Source: Octopus bimaculoides
Taxonomy: Eukaryota
DNA: 55,616 nucleotides
NCBI RefSeq assembly: GCF_001194135.2
Contig: NC_068986.1
Location: 1,740,014-1,795,629 of the forward strand
Direction: 5' to 3'
Shown here: one piece after another, positions 12,926-24,965 of the stretch
How the letters are laid out: the number at the start of each line of letters is the position of its first letter
Position numbering within the stretch: position 1 is the first letter of the stretch
Program-made: the position numbers and the translations under genes
Notes under the pieces: model-generated
What the model was told of the DNA's origin: nothing
Database searches by the model: none
What the model saw: only the letters and a program-made list of their open reading frames with translations

Positions 12926-13380
12926 TTACCATATTCCAATAAATAATTGATCAATGGTATTGAGAATGGCAATGGTTAGAACCAGATGGCAGAATATATC
13001 GAAATTGAAAGGTGGAAACAATGGCAGGTATTTCTTGATAATACAACACTTTCTCTAATTGACTTTATCATTCAACCACAATCCACCCCAACCCCCTACT
13101 CTTATATATTTCTTTCTTGTCGTTCTCTTAGTTCGCACTGTCTATTCTTCTTCTCTAAAACACACACACTTTATCACTTTCAATAAGGGAGACTTGAAAT
13201 GGTAGTTCCACTGGCTAAAATCTTAGGCTTCACATAATCAAGTTCAACTTTGTTTCAATAACACCTGGAAAGTTCTCTAATGTACAAACCAGGACAAAAT
13301 ATTTTTATGAAAGAGCAGCAACAGTTTTCCATGCAACAAGTCTTCTCTATGCACCCCCACCAATATTGTCCCAGAGAGAA

Positions 13381-13657
13381 GCATGGCCCAGTACAGCATA
13401 GCTCAGTACAGCTTGACTCAGTACAGCTTGGCTCAGTACAGCTTGACTCAGTACAGCTTGACTCAGTACAGCTTGGCTCAGTACAGCTTGACTCAGTACA
13501 GTTTGGTTCAGTATAGCATGGCTCAGTACAGCTTGACTCAGTACAACTTGACTTAGTACAGCATAGCTCAGTACAGCTTGACTCAGTACAGCTTGACTCA
13601 GTACAGCTTGGCTCAGTACAGCTTGGCTCAGTATAGCATGGCTCAGTACAGCTTGGT
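13381..13657. repeat. 15-bp minisatellite, 18 full units
   Basis: Unit GCTTG(A/G)CTCAGTACA with variants; exact 15-bp period over 13381-13650. Confidence 0.97.
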
Positions 13658-13877
13658 TCCAGTGTCATTACAGGTGACCTCAGCCAAACGCCTGAAAAGA
13701 GTCATCAGAGCATTTTCTTTCCTCTTCAGACTAAAAATCTATGAAGAGGAAAAAAAATATTAGTCTCCACATCATTCCATGTTTTTGTTACTCCTCCCCC
13801 CCCTTCTCTCTCTCCCCCAAATACTTTTTTCCTTCACCTCTTAGGTACTTTCTGCCATCATGTTCTTGTAGACAGTA

Positions 13878-14030
13878 AAGTGCATGGTCTAGTGGTTAGG
13901 GCATTTGGCTTATGACCTTGTGATTATGAGTTCAATACCAAGCAGCACATTGTGTCCTTGAGCAAGACACTTTATTTCATGTTGCACCAGTCTACTCACC
14001 TGGCAAAAGTTATTAGTACCTATATTTTAA
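13878..14030 (+). mobile_element. SINE family S3, head and core
   Basis: TAGTGGTTAGGGC A-box, GAGTTCAATACC B-box, TGTGTCCTTGAGCAAGACACTTTATTTC core. Confidence 0.8.
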
Positions 14031-14468
14031 TGGTTGAGTGATTAGTCTAACCCATTGACGAGGAATTGAAATGTGCACGGAGGCTGCTTAATTTGGTCCA
14101 TGCTAAAAATGTTTATCCTTGTGGGACATGTTGATAACAGAGCACAGAGATAAATGACTCATCTAAATATGAAGTGCATTGCACAGTTTAAATTCCAGAA
14201 ATAAAACACTAACACTCCTAGAAAGGAATGAATGCCACAATCTAGCATTTGTATTCTCCACCCACCAGTCACACCACCACCACCACCATCACTAATAATC
14301 ACATGCTTTTCCAATTACTTTAAAAACCATATTTCTATACAAGTCAATATCATTGGTTCAATCGAGACAGAAGTAACAATTCCAGCACTGTGTGTGTGTA
14401 TAAAAAAAAACATATATAAATATACATATATATAACATATATAAATATGTATATATATATATATATAT

Positions 14469-15555
14469 ATTAATAGTTATCGCCAAGCCAACATGGCAGT
14501 CCCAAAATTAGGACGAAAGCTGCCGTGAATTAGCTCCAAGAAGCCATCGCCTCTAGCTAGCTATGTGACACACGAAACCTGTGTCCTTTATAACCTTCGA
14601 ACAGGGGAGGTCAGCAGTGTCCCCCTGCTGGTTTGGCATCTGCAGACTAGTTTCAGGGTGTTGCCCCTTGTCAATGCAGAGCAGTCAAGCCCTAGCCAGG
14701 CGGCGCTGCTGACTATCTGCTCGAAGGTTATTTATCTAATTTCAGTGGAATCTATCCACTGGTTTTCAGAAATAGAGTTATTAATATTTCTNNNNNNNNN
14801 NNNNNNNNNNNNNNNNNNNNNNNNNNNNNNNNNNNNNNNNNNNNNNNNNNNNNNNNNNNNNNNNNNNNNNNNNNNNNNNNNNNNNNNNNNNNNNNNNNNN
14901 NNNNNNNNNNNNNNNNNNNNNNNNNNNNNNNNNNNNNNNNNNNNNNNNNNNNNNNNNNNNNNNNNNNNNNNNNNNNNNNNNNNNNNNNNNNNNNNNNNNN
15001 NNNNNNNNNNNNNNNNNNNNNNNNNNNNNNNNNNNNNNNNNNNNNNNNNNNNNNNNNNNNNNNNNNNNNNNNNNNNNNNNNNNNNNNNNNNNNNNNNNNN
15101 NNNNNNNNNNNNNNNNNNNNNNNNNNNNNNNNNNNNNNNNNNNNNNNNNNNNNNNNNNNNNNNNNNNNNNNNNNNNNNNNNNNNNNNNNNNNNNNNNNNN
15201 NNNNNNNNNNNNNNNNNNNNNNNNNNNNNNNNNNNNNNNNNNNNNNNNNNNNNNNNNNNNNNNNNNNNNNNNNNNNNNNNNNNNNNNNNNNNNNNNNNNN
15301 NNNNNNNNNNNNNNNNNNNNNNNNNNNNNNNNNNNNNNNNNNNNNNNNNNNNNNNNNNNNNNNNNNNNNNNNNNNNNNNNNNNNNNNNNNNNNNNNNNNN
15401 NNNNNNNNNNNNNNNNNNNNNNNNNTCTTGGAGCTAATTCACGGCAGCTTTCGTCCTAATTTTGGGACTGCCATGTTGGCTTGGCGATAACTATTAATTT
15501 CCAGTACCGCTGCCGTAGTCTCCTTTAGAGAGACTTAGAAATATTAATAACTCTA
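14469..15555. mobile_element. Unidentified GC-rich structured repeat unit (~361 nt) in inverted arrangement across a gap
   Basis: 14469-14541 is the exact reverse complement of 15426-15498; 14773-14791 is the exact reverse complement of 15537-15555. Both outer ends abut (TA)n. Confidence 0.7.
14792..15425. other. Assembly gap (others: 4783-4792, 10722-10785, 19010-19035, 28901-29674)
   Basis: Runs of N, each adjoining repetitive sequence. Confidence 1.
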
Positions 15556-15600
15556 TATATATATACATATATATACATTTTATCTCTCTCTCTCTCTCTC

Positions 15601-15640
<40 letters not shown>

Positions 15641-15711
15641 CACACACACACATATATATATACACACACATATATATATATATACACATATATATATATA
15701 TATACATTTTA

Positions 15712-15764
<53 letters not shown>

Positions 15765-16301
15765 AACATAGATGTATGTGCATAAATTTGTATATATATA
15801 TATATTCATACACAAATATACATATAAATATAAATGTCTATTTATTTATTTCATGTGCCATTCACTGATTAGGTTTTGTTAGAGCGCGTGCACACATGTA
15901 TGCATGCACACACATGTTCATACACACACATAATATTCATCAATGTAATCCAACTGTGACTATCATGAAGATCACCATTCAATAATGTGAAACAAAGATA
16001 ATATCTATCCCTCACTGTAATATTTGTATACAGACTGCATTTCAAAAATAAACTTTGTGTCTTGCTTTGTTGATAGATGCATATTTTTATGTTTCATCTT
16101 TTCTTTTGTTTAATGCACAATGTAAGTTTTGACAGATATGTAAATTCACATATGTAAATTCAATCATGAGATTTTTAAGCCGATGACATCTTTTTATCTT
16201 TTTCAGTTTGTTATGATAAAACTGTAATATATGAGTTTCTATGAGTGGAAATAAATAAATAAATAAATAAATAAATAGATAAATAAATAGATAAATAAAC
16301 A

Positions 16302-16616
16302 AACAATAGCACTCAGAGAGTGTAAACCTCTGCCAATGCAACACCAATGTCCTCTCAACAATTAGCTGGAGATGATTTTTAAAATAAACTTGACTGCTCT
16401 CACAAATTAAATAAAAAAACAGGAAAAATAATTCAGAATCCTTGTCCAGTATCAGATCAATCTCAAAATCTAATCAGTTTGTGCTAGTCACAAGGCCAAA
16501 CATCCCTGAAAATTTCATCTGAATCCATCCAACGGTTTTTGAGATACCTTGTCCATAAACAAACAAACAAACATGAGTGAAAACAATACCGCCAGCTTCG
16601 TTATAGCAAAGGTAAT
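16302..16616 (+). mobile_element. Non-autonomous Helentron/DINE-like element (HINE-type)
   Basis: Start ACAATAGCACTCAGAGAGTGTAAACCTCTGCCA, internal AAATTTCATCTGAATCCATCCAACGGTTTTTGAGATA, (AAAC)n, end GAAAACAATACCGCC...GGTAATAA; layout recognised from memory. Confidence 0.6.
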
Positions 16617-16640
16617 AAATCAATAAATACATACATACAT

Positions 16641-17027
16641 ACAGGTATGGCTGCATGGTAAGAAGTATGCGCCCAAGCCACATGATTCTGGGTTCAGTCC
16701 CACCTTAAGGTACCTCACACAAGTATCTCCAATGATTGTCTTGGGTCAACCAAACCCTTATGTGTGGATTTGCTAGAAGAAAACTAAAAGATGCCAGTTG
16801 ACTCTCTGTGTGTGTGGGGGGGGGGTGTCTCCCACCACTGCTTGACAACTGATGCTGGTGTGTTTATGTCCCCTGTAACCTAGCAGTTCAGCAAAAGACA
16901 CCGATGGAATAAGTACTAGGCTTACAAAAAATAGGTACTGAGATCAATTTCTTCGACTAAAACCCTTTAAGGTGGTGCTCCAGCATGACCACAGTCAAAT
17001 GACTGAAACAAGTAAAACAGTGAAAGA
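16641..17027 (+). mobile_element. SINE family S1, older copy, head-to-tail with the 17068 copy
   Basis: Same module order as 17068-17467, with more substitutions. Confidence 0.85.
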
Positions 17028-17067
17028 ACACATACACACACACACACACACACACATATACATAAGC

Positions 17068-17465
17068 GCAGGCGTAGCTGTGTGGTAAGAAGCTTGCTTC
17101 CTAACCACATAGTTCCAGGTTCAGACCCACTGTGTGGCACCTTGGACAAGTGTTTTCTACTACAGCCTCAGGCCGGCCAAAACCTTGTGAGTAGATTTGG
17201 TAGATGGAAACTAGAAGAAGCCCATCGTATATATGTATATATATATATGTATGTCTGTGTTTATCCCCCTGCCATCGCTTGACAACTGTTGCTGATGTGT
17301 TTATGTCCACGTAACCTAGCAGTTTGGCAAAAGAGACCGATAGAATAAGTACTAAGCTTACAAAGAATAAGTCCTGGGGTCGATTTCAACTAAAACCCTT
17401 TAAGGTGGTGCTCAAACATGGCTATAGTCAAATGACTGAAACAAGTAAAAATGAAAAGAATAAAA

Positions 17466-17467
<2 letters not shown>
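17068..17467 (+). mobile_element. Bipartite tRNA-derived SINE (family S1) with internal microsatellite
   Basis: A-box/B-box-like head (TGTGGTAAG; GGTTCAGACCC), middle GGCACCTTGGACAAGTG, internal (TA)n, 3' half GCAAAAGAGACCGATAGAATAAGTAC, tail GTAAAA...; many homologues in the window. Confidence 0.9.
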
Positions 17468-17502
<35 letters not shown>

Positions 17503-17678
17503 TATAAAGTAACAAACTGAGGAAAAGAATACCTTGAAAGGGGTGTGTTAAATATCCAATTCACGGGTACTTCAGTTGGGTCCCACATAAATATAATTAT
17601 AATTCAATTATAATTATACAGATAGACAGATCCATACATACATGCATGTATACTCATACATAATATATCTGCCTACCT

Positions 17679-17709
<31 letters not shown>

Positions 17710-18397
17710 TACATACCTACATACATACGTACATACATACACACACACATACATACATACGTACATACATACATACATACATTTATTATTTATAAGAGAG
17801 AAGCATGAAATATGGATTCAGAGAATCATGTGGTTATTACAGTAAGCCCCTCCTACGGACTCAGCTACCAATCCACAAAGTAATCAATTACGAAGTAGTA
17901 TAGTGTAAATTTCCTATGCAACTGAATATCTAGAAAATCCAAACAAAAGCATAAAGTCACGAGGCATGTGAGTTGAATGTAGATTAATTTAACCTCGTGA
18001 AGTCCATATAATCATAGTCATTTTGCAGGCTTCTTCATGTGATATTAATTCTAGTATGCAAGAAATAATATGTACATGTTTGCATCGATATATATGCTCA
18101 GCGCTGTACAATACAATTATATATTGACAAATTAATGCAAATAAAGAAAGCTAGCTCGTCAGCTCAGCAGAACAAGTTGGTTACATCAAGTGATGATGTA
18201 ACCATAATGTTCATCTGATCTGATGGGCTGGGTTGCTTTATTTGCAAACATGTACATTATAATTTCCTGCATGCTGAAATTAATACCACATGAACGAGAT
18301 TGCAAAATGGCCGTAATGATATGACAGTCACGAGGGTAAATAAATCTATATTCCCTTCTCACACCTCCTGACTTCATGTTATATGTATGCATGTGTG

Positions 18398-18449
<52 letters not shown>

Positions 18450-19344
18450 GTTTTTTTGTATATATGTGTGTGTGGATGTTTTCAGCTCTTAATGATGAAG
18501 CTTTTTGTAATTCCCTGCCAATCATCTGCTAGTTTCATACTTTGGAAGACATAGGGAATAAAAAAAATTCCTTGAACAACTCATAAGCTGTTTAGCATCT
18601 GACTGTGACATAACGATGCTATAATGTATGTATGTAACTCGTGCTAACATGGAAAAGAAAGCTTAAAACTGTTGTTGATGATTTCATATACGTATGTACA
18701 TGCATGCATGCATACATACATACATAAAAAAATCCATATAGACAGCAGTGTACAATGTGTTATCAAAAGGAAACCTATAATTGGCACTAAATATGGCTAA
18801 GGTGTTAGAACACCTATATTGCTAGAAATAAGAGCTAAAAAGCTCTAATGATGTAGTTAAAGCACATAATTGTATACATATGTTTTGATAGGGATTGTAA
18901 TTGCTAGAAAACACCGGTCAAGAAATTCCCTAGACTGACCAGTTAGTTTCAGCTAATTCCATAGCCTCATCAGTAGGGACTGCACAGTTCAGCTGATTCC
19001 AGACTTCTCNNNNNNNNNNNNNNNNNNNNNNNNNNGGGTGGGTGGGTGGATGGATGGATGGATGGATGGATGGATGGATGGATGGATGGATCCATCCATC
19101 CATCCATCCACATTTATACACATTCACACACACACACAAACCAAACACACACAAACAAACCAACTAAACACCACTCAAGAATTGCAAAGTATGATGCATT
19201 AGTCTTTGGTGCAGAAAAGATTTATTCAACACTCCAATATCCAATCTATAAAATGGCTGGAACCAAAGAATGTGGGGTAACCATTACTCTCTATTTTTTT
19301 ATCATTTCTTTATCCAAAGTGGTGAACCAGCAGAATTGTAAGCC

Positions 19345-19780
19345 ATCAGACAAAATGTTTAGTGGTATTATTTCTTCTGGCTCACGAGGTTCTGAGTTCA
19401 AATTCTGCCAAAGTTGACTTTTGCCTTTCATCCTTTCGGGTTTGATAAAATATGTACCAACTGAGCAGTGATGTTCATATGATTAGTTCACACCCTCCCC
19501 TAATATTGCAGGCTTTGTACCAAAATTTCGAAGAATCATTATTTATTCACTCATATAAACAGCAAGCTTGAAGAATTATTAGAGCATTGGAAAAAAAACT
19601 CTTGCAAAATCTGTTTCATCTCTTTATATTCTGGTTTCAAATCTTGTCTGCATCAACCTTGCCTTTCATCCTTACTTGATAAAATAAAGTACCAGTTATA
19701 TACTGGAGATCAGTAGTATTGACAAACCTCTTCCCACTTCCGTCAAAACTGCTCAACTTGAGCCTAAATTAGAAACAGTT
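19345..19780 (+). mobile_element. Two decayed tandem S2 SINEs
   Basis: GCCTTTCATCCTTTCGGGTTTGATAAAA (~19425) and GCCTTTCATCCTTACTTGATAAAATAAAGTACCAG (~19660). Confidence 0.7.
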
Positions 19781-20278
19781 ATTTCTTCCTCTATATGCAT
19801 ATTAGTTTCATTGTTTCAATTATGAAGAAACGACAGTCATAAAACACCCGCTCCTCTACGCACAAATATTTGAATAGACTAAAACAGCAAGAAGAAGCCT
19901 ACATAAAGCAATAAATATAAAGGAGCAAAATATTTAGGGAGGTCTTGTAATTGCTCAAACAAAATGATAGAAGGATAAGATCCTGAATAAATCAATATTA
20001 CGGTAGCAATGATATCACAAGCAAAATAATTTCACCTAACACTAGCGTTGTAGTAAGAGCTAGCGTTGTAGTAAGAGCTAGCGTCTATTAGTCTGTCAAT
20101 ATTGGAGGGAGTGGATGTGTTCTGAGAAAGATCACATCTTTGATAGCTTTAATGATATATTTGTATATGTCATGTTATCTCTCTCTCTCTTTATCTATCT
20201 ATCTGTCTCTATCTATCTACCCCATCTCTCTCTCTCTATCTCTCTACCTCTGTTTCTCTCTCTCTATCTCTCTACCTC

Positions 20279-20324
<46 letters not shown>

Positions 20325-21011
20325 TACAAAGAAATAATTACCTCATTGGTAGGCAGAATAATTATAAACATTGCTGGAATGATGCATCTCCTAAGTTGCA
20401 TTAATAATGATTATATTAATCATAAAAAGAAGTGCAAGAAAAAGGTGAGAGAGAGAGAGAGAGAGAGGGGCTATTGAGCATTTCACACTTTTGTATCCAC
20501 TTTAACAGGCATGGCAAGGCTGAGCAGTAAAGAAGTTCACTTCACAATCAAAAAGTCCTGGGTTCAATCTACCGTGAAGTATTTTGTGCACATCTTTTTT
20601 TTTAATTTTTTCTTCTTAGATTCCTGTCTACGTAAGCCTTGTGAGTGACAGTGACATTGGATAGATGGAAACTATGTGGAAGCCTGTTGCATGGATTGTA
20701 TCTACAATTCAAATGTCCAGGCTTGCCACATTTTGCATCATTTTGATTCAGCCTGAGAATTAGATTAAAGGTATACATGTTGGTTGGAATACTCAGCCAA
20801 CTTACACAACAGTTCAATAAGTAGGTGGTTCAGTTGATTGAGCAACTGAATGCTCATCATCAAAGCTGAAAGAGAACCTACCAATCATCCACCACATAAT
20901 GGCTGGAGACAATGGTTGAATCACTCCTGTGAGATTTGTATTCTTTAGGTCAGTATTCTCAACCATTTCAGCACCACAGTCTGGTTTCACACAAGACAAT
21001 TCTTCCATTGA

Positions 21012-21196
21012 CACTGGGGGCAGAACCGTCTTAAGGTAAGGGCTCACTGAGAAGTCTTCCAGGGGATTCACTGGTCTAGGGGCCTAATTCTGATTCATGT
21101 AATTTGAGGTTTAATGTCAATAAAAAATACTATAAAGCCCAGTGCATTGATTTACCTGGGGTTTATAAAGCTGCTAAGATGGGTCTGACCCCAGTG
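21012..21196. mobile_element. 185-bp MITE with ~22-bp terminal inverted repeats
   Basis: CACTGGGGGCAGAACCGTCTTA versus the reverse complement CACTGGGGTCAGACCCATCTTA (19/22). No TSD seen. Confidence 0.55.
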
Positions 21197-22282
21197 GCAG
21201 TGGTGATCATGATTGGTAGCATGAAACAAAATAATGGTTATGGTACTGGACAATGTTGAGCATAGAGTCCAAGGCTTCAAAATACAGTTATCAGTTTCAT
21301 CATAGAGTATGAAACAGAGCAGGTCAACTGTGTCACTTTATCACTATTTCTCTTTTCCAGACAGACCATAACATACACCAACATTATACACTTGGAAGAG
21401 TCAATTCATTTTTACCTACAGTTTTTCCACTTATACCTGGCCTTTGCTACTTTTCTCCTGTCAAGCAGCAATTAGTCACAGCTGACTCGACACAAGTGAC
21501 ATCCAAATAAGGAATGAAAGCGAGTCTGAAATAAATTTTAATAAAACAACTAAAAATCAATACTGAAAGATTATGCATATTGATTCAGCACTGGCTGGTG
21601 ATAGATCTATCAAGCGGTTTTGATTTTTAACATTACACTGGAATATTGCTGTCACTCTTAACAGATTTTAGGAGTAGCAAGGGTGGTTGAGGTACATGTC
21701 TGTAGTGATAGGAAGAGGTGATGATGCATGGCTGTGGTGGTAAGCGGGTGCTGTAATGTATATATATATGCTTGTGGTGGTAGGAGTTGGTCGTGATGGA
21801 TGTCTGTGTATGTTTATCATGTGAGCATGTGTGTGTGAGTGTATCTATATACATCTATCTACATACATACACATACATACACACAGACATAGTACAAGTC
21901 AGGATAATATATTGTGAAATTATTTACTTAGAACATCTTTACATGTGTTTCAATGACAATTATGCAATGATTAAGTAAAATTAATCATACATGCAGCTGG
22001 TTCAGTTTGTAGAAGTCACTTCATCAGAAGTCTTATGAATTGGTAAAGAATTTTTTTCAGTGAAAGGTATTTATGATGGTCTAGACATCGGAAAGAGAGG
22101 TGTGGAAAATAAATTTCAAACAGACAAGCATCTGGTTTGGCATGTAATAGAACATATTCAGTTGTAATTCAATAGTTATATGCCAAGCACTTTAATAGGT
22201 ACTTGATAAATATTATGTATGTGTGAGTGTGGTGGTATTAACAAATGGCAGGAAATGTATTCAATATCATAGTAGATATAAT

Positions 22283-22321
<39 letters not shown>

Positions 22322-22607
22322 GCCATCATTAGCTGGATGCACTTCCTGACACTGAACACTTTACAAAGTGTGCTTGGTGATTTTTATGTGCCTCTGACAC
22401 AAGTGCATTTCCACAGCACCAGCACAAGTGCATTTTACATGGCACCAGCACCTGTAAAGTAAATGTATGTATGGCTGATTGCAGTTTTACTCAGCAAAAT
22501 TTTATTTCAGCTGATCCAGTCACCCATTTCCTTGGAGTTTCCCTGACATGCACCCAACTTCTCAGACAGGCGAAAAAACTACATGACAAGGAAGAATCAT
22601 TCACCCT

Positions 22608-22777
22608 GCAGTAAGAACCACACGGTTCTGAGTTCAGTCCCACTGTGCAATACCTTGGGTAAGAGTCTTCTACTATAGCCTCAGGCCTTGTGAGTAGACT
22701 AAGTAGACAGAAACTAAAAGGAGCCTGTCATATATGTGTGCGTGCATGTGTGTGTGTATGTGTGTGTGTGCATGTGT

Positions 22778-22815
<38 letters not shown>

Positions 22816-23000
22816 CTTTGAATCTGTTTGTCTCCAACCACAACTTGACAACTGGTGTTGGTGAGTTTATGTGCCCGTAACTTAGTAGTTCAGCAAAAGA
22901 AACCAATAGAAAATTTAAAAAAATAAGACTAAAAATTATTCAAGGTGATGCCCCAGTATGGCTGTAGTTTCATGACTGACACAAATAAAAGGTAAAAGAT
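22608..23000 (+). mobile_element. SINE family S1 with internal (GT)n
   Basis: S1 head, middle, (GT)n, 3' half and tail. Confidence 0.85.
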
Positions 23001-23124
23001 AATTATAAAAAACATCAAGGTGTAGCTTAGAAGTTAAGGTGTTGCACTGACAATCATGTGATTGTGGTTTCGATTGCCAGACAGGAGTATGTTGTGTTCT
23101 TCAGCAAAACACTTCATCATCCGA

Positions 23125-23520
23125 CTCTGCCCAGGTCACCGATCTCCAAATACATTTCCCTAATCTCAAGGGAGGCCTCTACAGAGATGATGCCTTGCTA
23201 GTTACCAATGGTGTAAATAAATCCTCTTTAGAATGAGCTAGAAAAGATCTACAGATTTTTCTCTAGCCTAAACCTATTACTTTTGAAAATTCCCACAAAA
23301 CTACTAACTTTTTAGGCGTAACTTTAAACATAGAAACCTCCCAATATTCCCATTACCACAAACCTAACCAATACCTTAAATACTTAAACATTCATTCCAA
23401 TCACCATAAATCCACTCATCACAACAACACACCAACCATCAGAATCACAACAGACCACACATATACTATTCTAGAACCCTGGGAGAACCCACTTTAAGAC
23501 AACCTAGACCCAACACGCAG
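23125..23520 (+). mobile_element. Penelope-like RT fragment
   Basis: Plus-strand translation GGLYRDDALLV (YRDD at 23180-23191), then TTNFLGVTLNIETSQYSHYHKPNQYLKYLNIHSNH, matching PLE RT palm/thumb motifs. Confidence 0.85.
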
Positions 23521-24059
23521 ACATATAACACTAGGTCAAAAGCTAAAACAGCTAATGCAGCTGTTATCTCATTTTGTCTAACACATATATATATATATAT
23601 ATTTGTATACATACACGCACACACACACACATACAGAGTAAAAGAGAGAAAATAAGTGCAAGATTGAGCAAGAGCTAAGACAGGGAAGAGCTGTAAACAA
23701 TTCCTATTTTATCCCATTACCAGTTTAGAGCTCAGAAGAGTGGGCCAACAGAGAGTTCCTTGCATTGACCATTAAGAGTCCTCAGAGATGAATAGTCAAC
23801 AATCAGCCTGAGTGTCTGATACCCAAAACCATATCAAATCAGCTTTCCGCAGCTGTGCAGAGTCATATTAACAAAAAAAAACCAATTTAATTCAAGCAAT
23901 TTTGCTATCTATACTTTTGTTTGTTTTTCCTTTTCTACTTAGCATTCTCTGAATAGAAAAACATAATACACTGTCCATAGAAGAAGGTGATATAATGTCG
24001 GAAATTACTTTGTGTGCTCTGATACACATGGAGGACTTCATGGAACAATAATGGAACTA

Positions 24060-24351
24060 TTAATAATAACAACAACAACAACAGCAATAATGATGAAGAC
24101 GATGATGATAATGATGAATTGTGGAGAAAAAGTTGTGAAATTCCTAAAATAAATAACAATACATATAATAGTAGTAGTAGTAGTAGTAGTAGTAGCTGTA
24201 GAAAAAAAAATGTTCCAAACTGTAGCCTTGTTTTGACACGTATCAATGAAAATATTAAACATGATTTAATTGCCACTAAGCCTTTTATTATGATTTATGT
24301 TCAAGTGATATCATTGACCATTGTTATAATCACTATTAAATCGGTATTACC

Positions 24352-24385
<34 letters not shown>

Positions 24386-24640
24386 TCATTGTCATCGTCA
24401 TCATCATCATCACACCACCACCACCACTGCCATTATCATCAGCACTAAAATAATCATTGAGCCAATCATAACAATTATCGTCGTCGTCGTCATCCTCATC
24501 TGTATCATCATCATCATCATCAGCAGCAGCAACATTATCATCACCAATATTGCTATAATCATCAAACTTACCATAACGATCATCACCATAATCACCATCA
24601 GCAGCAATTAATTAATATTGCTGCATCTACCATAACAATC
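24060..24640. repeat. Compound trinucleotide microsatellite field (AAT/AAC/GAT/TAG/CAC/CAT)
   Basis: Directly visible. Confidence 0.95.
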
Positions 24641-24774
24641 ACCATCACTCAGCAATTAAGAGTCTGCTTTGGCAGGGCTTTTATGGCCGAATGCCCTGCC
24701 CAACACCAGCCTCTCTGCAGAGTGGACCCAGTGCTTTTTACATGGCACTAGCACAGGAAAATATATATATATAT

Positions 24775-24887
24775 GCGTAGGCTCGAAACGTTAAAGATTT
24801 TTTCACTTCCCAAACATTAAACTAATACATCTGTTTGTTATCTGCACCACCTGTCTTCGTCTTTTATTTTTGGTGAATTCTCTCTCT
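24775..24887 (+). mobile_element. Short element, subfamily A, 5'-truncated within the hammerhead-like motif
   Basis: GCGTAGGCTCGAAACGTTAAAG...CTAATACA...; (TA)n on both sides. Confidence 0.7.
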
Positions 24888-24910
24888 ATATATATATATA
24901 TATACACATG

Positions 24911-24965
<55 letters not shown>

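Noticed and set aside
13381-13657. CRISPR array
   Set aside because: Contiguous 15-bp tandem units without spacers, in eukaryotic DNA.
14490-14530. Hammerhead or HDV ribozyme call for GTCCCAAAATTAGGACGAAAGCTGCC
   Set aside because: No CUGANGA, no U-H after the helix III partner, and no P1/P3/L3 arrangement for HDV. Kept only as an unexplained motif.
14565-15437. 290-aa ORF, and the 276-368 aa ORFs at 28769-29875, 28850-29689, 28866-29753 and 28876-29706
   Set aside because: Length comes from N runs. Only 28879-30054 has real (RTE RT) content.
20042-20085. 18-bp tandem duplication (CTAGCGTTGTAGTAAGAG); also a 21-bp near-duplicate at ~10550-10600 and a 12-bp inverted repeat at 40547-40586
   Set aside because: Ordinary local slippage or small palindromes with no further context.
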